DNA from: Armatimonadota bacterium
GTDB lineage: Bacteria; Armatimonadota; UBA5829; DTLH01
Length of the DNA stretch: 59,658 bases
Assembly: GCA_039680575.1 (NCBI GenBank)
Contig: JBDKSP010000060.1
Span: 1 to 59,658, forward strand
Direction of reading: 5' to 3'
This document shows, piece by piece, positions 40,838-49,982 of the stretch. Under the pieces are notes generated by a model. The model was not told where the DNA came from, ran no database searches, and saw only the letters and a program-made list of their open reading frames with translations. The stretch's first letter is position 1, and the number at the start of each line of letters is the position of its first letter. Made by a program: the position numbers and the translations under genes.

Positions 40838-41223
40838 GTTCCCGTTGCTCCTTCGACTATCTTATCGATCTCGGCAGCAAGCTGCAGCGGGTCGAACGGC
40901 TTCGTAAGATAACCACAGGCACCCGCGCGGATGGCGCGGTCTATCTCTTTGCGGCCGGTTTTAGCCGTCAGGAAGATAACTGGAATGTTTTTGAGTGATT
41001 CATCATGCTTGATGAGCCTGCAGGCGGCATAACCATCCATCCGGGGCATCAGCGCATCCAACAATATCAAGTCCGGCTTCTCCCGCCGGGCTGTCTCGAT
41101 GCCTTCGACGCCGTCGCAAGCCAGGATCGGCTCGAAACCGCCGGAATATTTGAGGGACATTTCGAGGATCAATCTTATCTCGGCATCATCTTCAATTATA
41201 AGTATCCTGCGCGGCTTCATCAT
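40834..41223 (-). CDS. Single-domain response regulator (REC only)
   Basis: IIEDD, LLDALMPRMDG, FLTA, KPF. Confidence 0.93.
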   Translation of the reverse strand: MMKPRRILIIEDDAEIRLILEMSLKYSGGFEPILACDGVEGIETARREKPDLILLDALMPRMDGYAACRLIKHDESLKNIPVIFLTAKTGRKEIDRAIRAGACGYLTKPFDPLQLAAEIDKIVEGATGT

Positions 41224-41940
41224 CTAGCCAGGCATCTTGTAGCCGAGTCCAGCCACTGTAACGATATATTGAGGCCGAGCCGGATCATCCTCTATTTTCT
41301 TTCTGAGACGCCCGATATGAACATCTACCGTGCGGGTATAGATGCCCTCAGCTCGGAGGTCCCAGACACAGTCGAGCAGTTGGTCGCGCGTAAGCACGCG
41401 GCCGGGGTGCTCCGCCAGCGCCTGCAGCAGCTTGAACTCGGTAGTCGTCAACTGAACCAGCTCACCTTTCTTTCGGACTTCGAAGGCAGAGAGGTCGATC
41501 AGGAGGTCTTTCACCGATATGACGCTGCGATGTCTTTTCCGCTCCGCGTAGACCGTCTCTCTACGAAGCGCAGCTTCTACCCCCGCAATAAGCGCGGGTA
41601 CCCTAAACGGCTTTGTGACGTAATAGTCCGCGCCGACCCCGAGTCCCAATACGACATCGGTCTCATCGCTTCTCACAGTAAGGAACAGAATCGGCGCAAG
41701 GTTGGTAAGGCGGATCTGCTGACAGACATCCGTGCCGCTCATATCTGGAAGCTCAATATCGAGGATAATCAAGTCCGGCTGTTCGGCTACGGCCAATGCC
41801 ACTCCGCTAGCACCCGTGCTGGCGGTGACTATGTCGTATCCACGCGCCTTAAGCGCGCCGCCGACAAGCCGCAGGATATCCTCATCGTCATCAACTATAA
41901 GGATTTTGCCCTTACGCAAACGCAGGATCACCTCCACCAA
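41224..41940 (-). CDS. OmpR/PhoB-family response regulator
   Basis: REC domain plus LTTTEFKLL, TRDQLL, RTVDVHIGRLRKKIE, TVAGLGY. Confidence 0.95.
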   Translation of the reverse strand: MVEVILRLRKGKILIVDDDEDILRLVGGALKARGYDIVTASTGASGVALAVAEQPDLIILDIELPDMSGTDVCQQIRLTNLAPILFLTVRSDETDVVLGLGVGADYYVTKPFRVPALIAGVEAALRRETVYAERKRHRSVISVKDLLIDLSAFEVRKKGELVQLTTTEFKLLQALAEHPGRVLTRDQLLDCVWDLRAEGIYTRTVDVHIGRLRKKIEDDPARPQYIVTVAGLGYKMPG

Positions 41941-42056
41941 TTATCAAGAAATTTACGATGTATTTCTTCTGGAGGAACCAATAACTTCTTACAGTTCTTT
42001 AATTATAATTCCTGCACAAAGTACCGGCAAATATTAATCTGTCATAAAAGGGAATC

Positions 42057-43472
42057 ATGGTAAATATGAACGACGATCTGAAACACGAAAGCAAAATACT
42101 GCTTACAGACCTTTATGAGCTGACCATGATGGCGGCTTATTACGATTCCGGTATGGAGGACAGGCAGGCGGTCTTCGAGTATATCTTCCGCAGGCTTCCG
42201 CACAACACCGGGTTTGCTATCCTGGCCGGGTTGGGCCCGCTGCTCGATGATCTGGCGGAGCTTCATTTCTCACCGGACGATCTGGAGTATCTGCGCTCGC
42301 TCGAGATATTCGCAGATGAGTTTATCGAAGCGATAAAAGACTTCCGGTTCGAATGCGATGTCTATACCGCGCCAGATGGGAGCCTTATCTTCCCGAATGA
42401 GACGGTTTTATGGGTCCATGGCCCGCTTGCGCAGTCACAGATAATCGAGACTCTTGTCTTGAACAGGTTGAACTATCAGACGCTGATCGCTACCAAAGCC
42501 GCGCGCTGCGTTGCCGCGGCACAGGGCGACCCGATTGTGGAGTTCGGACTGAGAAGAGCGTAGGGACCTGACGGAGGAATCTCTGGATCTAGGGCGGCCT
42601 ACATCGTGGGCGCACGTTCGACATCCAATGTGATGGCGGGGAAACTATTCGATATCCCTGTAATGGGCACTCACGCCCACAGTTGGGTAATGGCATTCGA
42701 CACCGAACTTGAGTCGTTCAGGGCTTATGTCAGGGCGTTTCCCAATAACCCAGTCCTGCTTCTGGACACCTATGATACGCTCGAGAGCGGGGTACCTAAC
42801 GCCATTATCGCGCTCAACGAACTGAGAGCCGGCGGAAGGCAGGTCCGGGCAGGTGTACGGCTAGATTCGGGAGATATTGCGAAGCTCTCGAAGGAGGTCC
42901 ACCGGAGACTGGAAGCAGCCGGTTTCCCCGACCCGCTCATAGTGGCGTCGAACGAGCTCGAAGAATACCTGATTGCGGACATGAAACGCCAGGGGGCTAA
43001 AGTGAACTCGTGGGGCGTCGGAACCAAGCTGGTGACCGGCGGAAATGAGCCTGCGCTGGGAGGCGTGTACAAGCTCGCTGCCGTTCTCAAAGACAACGGC
43101 TGGGACATCAAGATGAAGATTTCGAACAACCCGGAAAAGACGACAGACCCTGGGGTCAAGATGCCGTACCGGTTCTATTCGCGCGATGGAGAGATGCTAG
43201 GCGATGTGATGTTCCTGGAAAACGAGGATACCGGACCTGCAGGGACTATTATCTCTCACGACCGGATGGTCTTCGAGCGTACCAGGACATTTCGAGAGAT
43301 TTATGAATGGCAGCGGCTGGTAAACCCGGAAATCTACTGGGTGGGACTGAGCGAGACACTCGCGGGAAAGAAACGCGCCGCCATGAGGGAGTTCTGGGCG
43401 GGGAAGGAGGCCACTCCCGCGGAACCAGGTGCGCCCACAGCAGGAGGCCAGGAGATCGGAGGAGAGAGTTGA
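42057..43472 (+). pseudogene. pncB: Nicotinate phosphoribosyltransferase with in-frame amber stop
   Basis: LLTDLYELTM, EFGLRRA*GPDGG (TAG at 42561-42563), GTHAHSW, RLDSGD. Both ORF halves are in one frame. Confidence 0.85.
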
Positions 43473-43562
43473 GCAATGGGATAAGGTTATTTCTCGGGTT
43501 GTATTTGCAATGCAGCCTCGATCCCTGCCCCGTCCCCTATCCTCTAATACCCAACCACTGCC

Positions 43563-45398
43563 CTAATCTCCACTTACGTGGACTGAGGATACTTTGATGT
43601 CGGAGACCTTTTTCTTGCCGTAGTATACATCGAGGATTGCCCTTGCAACAGGCGCTGCGGCAGATGCGCCGTGGCGGCCGTGCTCGACTATGACGGCGAT
43701 TGCAATCTTGGGGTCTTCCGTAGATGCATAACAGATGAACCAAGCGTGAGCAGCGCCAGCGTTCTCCGCTGATCCGGTTTTTCCTGCGACTGAAACGCCT
43801 TCCAGATTGACGACCTTACCGGTCCCTCCTGGTCCGACTACCGTCTGCCGCATACCGTACTGGACAGCCTTGAATGTCTCCAGTGACGCCGGGACCTGCC
43901 GCTCGAAATGCCTTGCGACTTTCTTTACCGTTTTACCATACGGATTGCGCACTTCAAAAAGCACGTGAGGACGGTACATCTTGCCTGAGGTCGAAACTGC
44001 GGCAGCTACGAGTGCCATCTGGAGCGGTGTCGTCTGGACATAGCCCTGACCTATAGCCACCGGAAGCGTTTCGCCCGGATACCATTTCTGCATGTCCGGA
44101 CGTTTGAACCGCTTCCTCTTCCATTCCTCATCAGGCATCGTGCCTTTGGAACCGTCCTTGCCCGGAGACTCTTCGGGGAGATCGATCATCGTGGCACGCC
44201 CTATACCGAACGATCTCGCCATCTTGGCGAGTTTGTTTACTCCCATCCGCTGGCCCATCTGATAGAAGAACACATCGCATGACTGGGATATGGCGGTCGT
44301 GAAGGTAACGCGCCCATGCCGCTTCCAGCAGTGGAAAACCCGTCCCATCCGGTAGCCTCCCGAACAATACAGGCTTGTATTGGGAGTCGCGACCTTGTAT
44401 TCGAGTGCCGCGGTCGCTGTGATCGGCTTAAACGTGGAGCCAGGCGGATATTTATTCGCTACAGCCCGGTTCTGGAGCGGATTCGACTTATTGCCTATAA
44501 TCTTGTTCCAATCCGAGACTTTGACCTTCTTTACGAATATGTTCGGGTCGAAGCCCGGATTGCTGACCATCGCCAGGACCTCTCCGTTTTGCGGATTGAT
44601 CGCAACAGCCGCGCCGACTTTCCCTTCCATAGTCCTTTCCGCAGCCAACTGCAGGTCTTTGTCTATCGTGAGCACGAGCGTGTGCCCCGGAACCGATCCC
44701 TTGTCATCAAGCATGCGCCTCGTGCGGCCACGGGCATCTACTTCTATTTCCTGGCCGCCGTCCGTGCCGTGAAGGAGCGTTTCATATTCCTTTTCTATGC
44801 CGGACTTGCCGACATAATCCCCCGGTCTGTAACGTATAGCCGAACCGCTCAACCGTTCCAGTTCTTCTTTATTGACCTCTCCGATGTAACCGAGAACATG
44901 AGCGACGGCGGGACCGTCCGGGTAGCTTCTGAGCTGGTCCAGCTCGACTGTAACACCAGGAAGTATCGGCTTTCGTTCCTGCAGCTTGGCAACTACATCC
45001 AACGGGACATCGATGGCTACTCTGACCGGGGCGTACGCGGCAGCGCGTTCCTTGCGCATAATCGCCTGCAGGTCTTCTTTGGTGACGTTAAGAATCTTGC
45101 AGAGCGCGGTGAAAGCATTCGGGTTCTCTGCCAGGAGCTCAGGCACAGCCAGCACGACAAACTGCGGGCGGCTGGTGGCAAGCACTTTTCCGTGCCTGTC
45201 CAGGATGAGTCCGCGAGGCGCGCGAACACGGATCAGCCTTTTCCGGTTCGTCTCCGACTCCGCGAGAAGCGATGCACCGGAGGCTATCTGAAGGTACCAA
45301 AGCCTCGCGAGCAGTATGACGAAAAGGGTTATGCACAGGATCGCAAACACTTTCATCCTGTTCCGCTGGATCACTCTATCTTCATGTGGGGTAAGCAT
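43563..45398 (-). CDS. mrdA: Penicillin-binding protein 2
   Basis: APRGLILDR, YPPGSTFK (SxxK), SCD, KTGSAE. Confidence 0.93.
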   Translation of the reverse strand: MLTPHEDRVIQRNRMKVFAILCITLFVILLARLWYLQIASGASLLAESETNRKRLIRVRAPRGLILDRHGKVLATSRPQFVVLAVPELLAENPNAFTALCKILNVTKEDLQAIMRKERAAAYAPVRVAIDVPLDVVAKLQERKPILPGVTVELDQLRSYPDGPAVAHVLGYIGEVNKEELERLSGSAIRYRPGDYVGKSGIEKEYETLLHGTDGGQEIEVDARGRTRRMLDDKGSVPGHTLVLTIDKDLQLAAERTMEGKVGAAVAINPQNGEVLAMVSNPGFDPNIFVKKVKVSDWNKIIGNKSNPLQNRAVANKYPPGSTFKPITATAALEYKVATPNTSLYCSGGYRMGRVFHCWKRHGRVTFTTAISQSCDVFFYQMGQRMGVNKLAKMARSFGIGRATMIDLPEESPGKDGSKGTMPDEEWKRKRFKRPDMQKWYPGETLPVAIGQGYVQTTPLQMALVAAAVSTSGKMYRPHVLFEVRNPYGKTVKKVARHFERQVPASLETFKAVQYGMRQTVVGPGGTGKVVNLEGVSVAGKTGSAENAGAAHAWFICYASTEDPKIAIAVIVEHGRHGASAAAPVARAILDVYYGKKKVSDIKVSSVHVSGD

Positions 45399-45516
45399 AT
45401 GAATATCAACAAATTAAATTCATGTTTCGGGTCCTTACCCCGAAACTTGTTTATGGACGCTAGAGAAGTATCGGGAAAAGGGTTTCCCGATACAACGATA
45501 GGTTGTATATCTCGAT

Positions 45517-47760
45517 TTACCGGTCCGGTGACATCGGCGGCGGCGGGGTCATTCTGAGACCTCTGTCCGATCCCTCCTGCTGTGTTCCGGAACCGGTGCT
45601 GCCTGACGAGCTGCCCTTTGGACGGTGAACGGTACAGTAGGACGTAGGCTGATTGCCTTCTACGAACACTTCCGTGTGTGTGGACGGGCAAGCGCTGGTC
45701 GCCAGAAGAGCCGTTTCATTACATATAGTTACGCGTACGGTACCGAGTGCAGGTTCCTCCGGCTGATTATTTTCATCACCGGTATTGGTCTCCGTTGGAG
45801 TATTATCCTGTGTCGGACGGCTCCGCTCCACCGTGCCGGTATCTGCGGCAGGCTTTTCCGTGGTAGTCGTATGCGGACGGTGGTTGTCGTTATGGATCCT
45901 CAGCGCCGTTCCCATGAACTCTTTCCAGATTGGGCCGCATACACCGCTTCCCGAGACGTGTCTCATCGGCCTATTATTATCGTTTCCGGCCCAGACGGCT
46001 GTCACGAGCTTGTTCGGAACGTAACCAATAAACCAAACGTCCCTGCCGTCGTTCGTCGTGCCTGTTTTGCCTCTGGCGCCGGCTATGCTGTTTACAGTGC
46101 GGCCGGTCCCCGATGTGACAACCCCTCGGAAGAGCTCATCCATAACTTTCGCCGTCCGATCGCCGAGCACACGTCTGCGTTCTATGGTCTGCTCATCGTA
46201 AAGCTGCCCGCGGCTGTCGACTATCTTGGCTATCGGTGACGGCTCGGCATAGTAACCTCCCGTGGCGAACACCCCGTAAGCAGACGTCATTTCGAGCACC
46301 CTGATCCCCTTGATTCCACCGATAGCCAGCGCCGGATAAGGCTCGATCTCGGACTTTATCCCCAAGCGGTGTGCGTAGTCGATTACATTCTTCAGCCCGA
46401 CCTGAAGAGCCGCCTGCACAGCCGCCACGTTGACCGAGCGGGCTACTGCCTGCCTTACAGTCAAGTTGCTCGGATACCTGCCGTCATAGTTCTTGGGCGA
46501 CCATCTGGTCCCGATATCGCTTATGTATGTAAAGTGCCCGCCCGGGAGCCTGTGATTAGCGTCCCAGCCGAGTTTATCGACAGCAGCGGTATAAACGAAC
46601 GCTTTAAAGGAACTTCCAGGCTGGCGTTCCGCCTGAACAGCCCTGTTGAATTCGTTTCTCGCGTAGTCTTCGCCGCCGACCATCGCCCGGATGTAGCCGG
46701 TGGATGGCTCGATGCAGACCAGCGCTCCGTTGCCGCTGATATCGTCCATCTGGCCACGGCGTCTTGCGCTGCGTATTCCGTCTGTCAGGGCTCTCTGTGC
46801 CGCGACCTGCATCTTATAGTTGAGTGTTGTGTATATTCGGAGTCCGCCCCGTTCGATCAGGTCATCGCCGAACTGGTTGTGCTCCCTTAGATATTTCTTG
46901 ACATAATCGGTGAAATACGGAGCTTTCGACCTGTATTTCGTCGGTTTCATCGGCATTATGCGCGGAGTCCGAGCTTTTGCTTCTTCACACTCTTCATGGG
47001 TGATATATTTGAGCTCTTCCATGCGGTTCAGCACGATGTCGCGCCTGTTGACCGCAGCCTCCAGGTCGACATGAGGTGAATAACTGGACGGCCGCTGAGG
47101 CAGTCCGGCCAGAAGTGCGGACTCGGACAGCTTGAGGTTGCTTACATTCTTGCCGAAGTATATCTTGGACGCTGCTTCGACGCCGTACGCGCTCGAACCG
47201 TAGTATACCTGGTTCAGATAAAGCTCGATGATTTTGGACTTGGTGTAGTTTCGTTCAATAACTACAGCCAAAACCGCCTCGCGAAGTTTTCTGTTCAGGG
47301 TTTTTTTGGGACTTAAGTAGACGTTTCGCGCAAGCTGCTGCGTGATCGTGCTCCCGCCTTCGGCCATCCGTCCGCCGCGGATATTTTTGACGATCGCGCG
47401 CCCGATACCCCGCAGGTCGACGCCGCTGTGCTCGTAAAACCGCCTGTCTTCTATCGCAACAGTGGCATTGATCAGGTCCTTGGGAATTTTATTGAGTTCG
47501 ACAAACTCACGGTTTTCCTCACCGAACGTGGCGAGGAGGACATTATCGCTGGAATATATCTTTGATGCCTCATGAGGGCTGTATCCGGAGACTTTCGGAA
47601 GTTCGCGTGAAATACTGACAAAAAGGCCGATAACCACGCCTATTCCGATGCAAAACGCCAGAAGCACCCCAGCCTGAAGCTGGGTCACTATCTTTCTGAG
47701 CTTGCTTGGCTGTTTTCCTGACCTGAGTCTTCCTTTATTGACTTTAACCTGATTTACCAT
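45517..47760 (-). CDS. Class A penicillin-binding protein (PBP1A family)
   Basis: EDRRFYEHSG, GGSTITQQL, RKLRE, YLNQVYYG; QPGSSFK, SVN, KTGT; C-terminal C..C..C-H tail. Confidence 0.95.
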   Translation of the reverse strand: MVNQVKVNKGRLRSGKQPSKLRKIVTQLQAGVLLAFCIGIGVVIGLFVSISRELPKVSGYSPHEASKIYSSDNVLLATFGEENREFVELNKIPKDLINATVAIEDRRFYEHSGVDLRGIGRAIVKNIRGGRMAEGGSTITQQLARNVYLSPKKTLNRKLREAVLAVVIERNYTKSKIIELYLNQVYYGSSAYGVEAASKIYFGKNVSNLKLSESALLAGLPQRPSSYSPHVDLEAAVNRRDIVLNRMEELKYITHEECEEAKARTPRIMPMKPTKYRSKAPYFTDYVKKYLREHNQFGDDLIERGGLRIYTTLNYKMQVAAQRALTDGIRSARRRGQMDDISGNGALVCIEPSTGYIRAMVGGEDYARNEFNRAVQAERQPGSSFKAFVYTAAVDKLGWDANHRLPGGHFTYISDIGTRWSPKNYDGRYPSNLTVRQAVARSVNVAAVQAALQVGLKNVIDYAHRLGIKSEIEPYPALAIGGIKGIRVLEMTSAYGVFATGGYYAEPSPIAKIVDSRGQLYDEQTIERRRVLGDRTAKVMDELFRGVVTSGTGRTVNSIAGARGKTGTTNDGRDVWFIGYVPNKLVTAVWAGNDNNRPMRHVSGSGVCGPIWKEFMGTALRIHNDNHRPHTTTTEKPAADTGTVERSRPTQDNTPTETNTGDENNQPEEPALGTVRVTICNETALLATSACPSTHTEVFVEGNQPTSYCTVHRPKGSSSGSTGSGTQQEGSDRGLRMTPPPPMSPDR

Positions 47761-47798
47761 CAGCCGTTTCTACTCCATGCACTCTACCGCACTCTAGA

Positions 47799-47827
47799 AT
47801 TATAAGTCCGAGGCCGCGCTGCGTCAA
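47799..47827 (-). promoter_or_regulatory. Sigma70 promoter for pbp1A-mrdA
   Basis: TTGACG-N17-TATAAT on the minus strand. Confidence 0.7.
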
Positions 47828-47955
47828 ACCGCAGCATCAGGGCAGTATATCCTATTTTTGTATAACGCGACACATGCCGGAAAGGATTCGCGCATTTCCC
47901 TATGTACACCGCGGCACTGCCTTTTCACTGTGCACTGATTATACATTTACCTACG

Positions 47956-48016
47956 GAGTTTTGGTAGCTGATATAGCGAGTAATAAATACCATTTCGGCT
48001 GAAACTCTTTAGATAG
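47956..48016. promoter_or_regulatory. Conserved 61-bp element GAGTTTTGG-N34-CYRAAACTC, copy 2
   Basis: Aligns without gaps to 6300-6360; followed immediately by AGGT-N18-GAAG at 48018-48043. Confidence 0.7.
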
Positions 48017-48116
48017 GAGGTAAAGTCGAGTTACATGTCGAAGTAATTCAAATGATGCTTTTTTCTGTGGAACAACACTCAGTCAGACGAAGCATTTTTG
48101 AGGTTGAAGTAACCAT

Positions 48117-48725
48117 ATGGATGAACAATTAGAACAAGAAGACCGGGAGGAGCGCCCACAGCAGGACGAAAAGGACCTGCCTGCCGGGATTGCGCGCCTC
48201 CATGATGAATGGCTCCAGCAGGGACTGATTCCAACCGAATTGAAAGAGCCCGTGGAGCTGGAACCGGTAGTGTTTCCGGAACCGGTCGGTGATTATAAAA
48301 TAAATGTCGAAGATGCGCGGGCGATGCTCGGTCTTTCACCCGATGCTATGGAACGGCTGTTGGTCGGTGGTGAACTCGACTCCATACAAGTCCGGTTTGA
48401 GGACGGTGTAAGGCGTATGATCAGCCAATCGGCGCTGTCCCGGTTCGTCGAGGACACCGGAATGGCTCCCGAAATTTCGGAAAAGCTCAATTTTCCGGCA
48501 GAGGAAATCAACGCCGCGCTTGAATCGATCCGCGAGGAGATGCGAGAGATGAAAGAGCTGCATACCCGCCAACTTCAGCAGTTCAAGGATATCCTGCTGC
48601 TCGAACTACGCAATCTGAAAGAGCAGGATCGGGACCTGACGTCGTTTGTGTACGACCTGACGGCAGCTCTTGAGGAGCTTAATCCCAAACTGAAGAAGCG
48701 GAAGCGCACGCCTCCGCCCGAGTAA
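48117..48725 (+). CDS. Hypothetical protein with excisionase/MerR-like HTH and C-terminal coiled coil
   Basis: INVEDARAMLGLS...LLVGGELDS...RRMISQSALSRF resembles an HTH_17-type domain; heptad-rich tail ending KKRKR. Confidence 0.65.
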   Translation: MDEQLEQEDREERPQQDEKDLPAGIARLHDEWLQQGLIPTELKEPVELEPVVFPEPVGDYKINVEDARAMLGLSPDAMERLLVGGELDSIQVRFEDGVRRMISQSALSRFVEDTGMAPEISEKLNFPAEEINAALESIREEMREMKELHTRQLQQFKDILLLELRNLKEQDRDLTSFVYDLTAALEELNPKLKKRKRTPPPE

Positions 48726-48760
48726 TACCGCCCCTTAGACCGGAAGTCTCAGGAGGAACA

Positions 48761-49942
48761 GTGAAATACAAAGATATTTTCGAGCTTGACAGTAAATACG
48801 TAATGTCCACCTGCACGCGTCAGCCGCTGGCTATCGTCAGAGGAGAGGGTGCACGTGTGTGGGATGATACGGGAAAAGAATACCTCGACTTTGTCGCCGG
48901 TATCGCGGTAAACGGCCTCGGGCACTGCCACCCCAAAGTGGTGGAAGCAATACAAAAGCAGGCAGCGGTGCTGATGCATACCAGCAACCTGTACTACACC
49001 GAGCAGCAGCCCGCGCTTGCGGAAATGCTCATAAAGTGGTCGGACTTCGACAAAGTATTTTTCTGCAACAGCGGAACCGAGGCGAACGAAGCTGCGATAA
49101 AGCTTGCCCGAAAATGGGGGAAGCAGCGTTCGGAGAAGAAAATAGAGATCGTCACTGCGATTGGGTCGTTTCATGGCAGGACAATGGGCTCACTTACAGC
49201 CACGAGCCAGGCCAAATACCAAAAATGGTTCGCTCCGCTCGTACCGGGGTTCAAATATGTCCCTTACAATGATATAGGGGCGCTTGAAGAGACGATCTCC
49301 GAAAACACCTGCGCGGTAATACTCGAGCCGGTGCAGGGTGAAAGCGGCGTCCATCCGGCCTCTCCTGAGTATCTGCAGTTCGCACGGACGGCATGCGACT
49401 CGGACGGAGCCCTGCTTATCTTCGACGAAGTGCAGACTGGAATCGGTAGGACCGGCAAAATGTTCGCTTACGAGCATTTCGGCGCAATCCCTGATGTAAT
49501 GACCCTTGCAAAAACGCTCGGTGGAGGTTTCCCGATAGGCGCGTGCCTTGCCCGGGGAGACGCAGCCGGCGTGCTGCAGCCGGGAGACCACGCTGCGACG
49601 TTTGGAGGCAATCCCCTCGCCTGCGCGGCCGCCATGGCTGCGTTTTCGACAATCCACGATGACGGGCTTATCGAAAACGCGAGGGATAACGGAGAGTATC
49701 TCAAAAAAAGGCTCAAATCGCTGAAGAAGACCGGCGCGCCGATAGAGGAAGTCCGCGGGATTGGGTTGATGATCGGTGTCCAGTTGACTGAACCGGTTGC
49801 CAAAGCCCTGGTATCGGCCTGCATGGACAAGGGACTCCTGCTGAACGCGGTAGGAGACAGTATTCTGAGATTTCTTCCTCCTCTCATCATTACCAAAGAA
49901 GATATAGATTTAGCCATCGGCATAATCGCCGAAGGCATGTAA
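48761..49942 (+). CDS. argD: Acetylornithine aminotransferase
   Basis: YLDFVAGIAV, NSGTEANE, SFHGRT, EPVQGESG, FDEVQTG, TLAK. Confidence 0.95.
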   Translation: MKYKDIFELDSKYVMSTCTRQPLAIVRGEGARVWDDTGKEYLDFVAGIAVNGLGHCHPKVVEAIQKQAAVLMHTSNLYYTEQQPALAEMLIKWSDFDKVFFCNSGTEANEAAIKLARKWGKQRSEKKIEIVTAIGSFHGRTMGSLTATSQAKYQKWFAPLVPGFKYVPYNDIGALEETISENTCAVILEPVQGESGVHPASPEYLQFARTACDSDGALLIFDEVQTGIGRTGKMFAYEHFGAIPDVMTLAKTLGGGFPIGACLARGDAAGVLQPGDHAATFGGNPLACAAAMAAFSTIHDDGLIENARDNGEYLKKRLKSLKKTGAPIEEVRGIGLMIGVQLTEPVAKALVSACMDKGLLLNAVGDSILRFLPPLIITKEDIDLAIGIIAEGM

Positions 49943-49982
49943 AGAGTAAACAAGACGCTGGAGTCGAAAGGATAATTACGGT

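Noticed and set aside
42561..42563. Pyrrolysine or amber recoding in pncB
   Set aside because: The codon replaces a usually conserved Gln by one transition, a second lesion is apparent, many genes here end in TAG, and no pyl genes are in the window.
44316..45557. Long antisense ORFs (413 aa opposite mrdA; also 41005-42063, 26450-27388, 22556-23461, 8347-9225)
   Set aside because: They are shadows of well-conserved genes on the other strand and carry no recognisable motifs.
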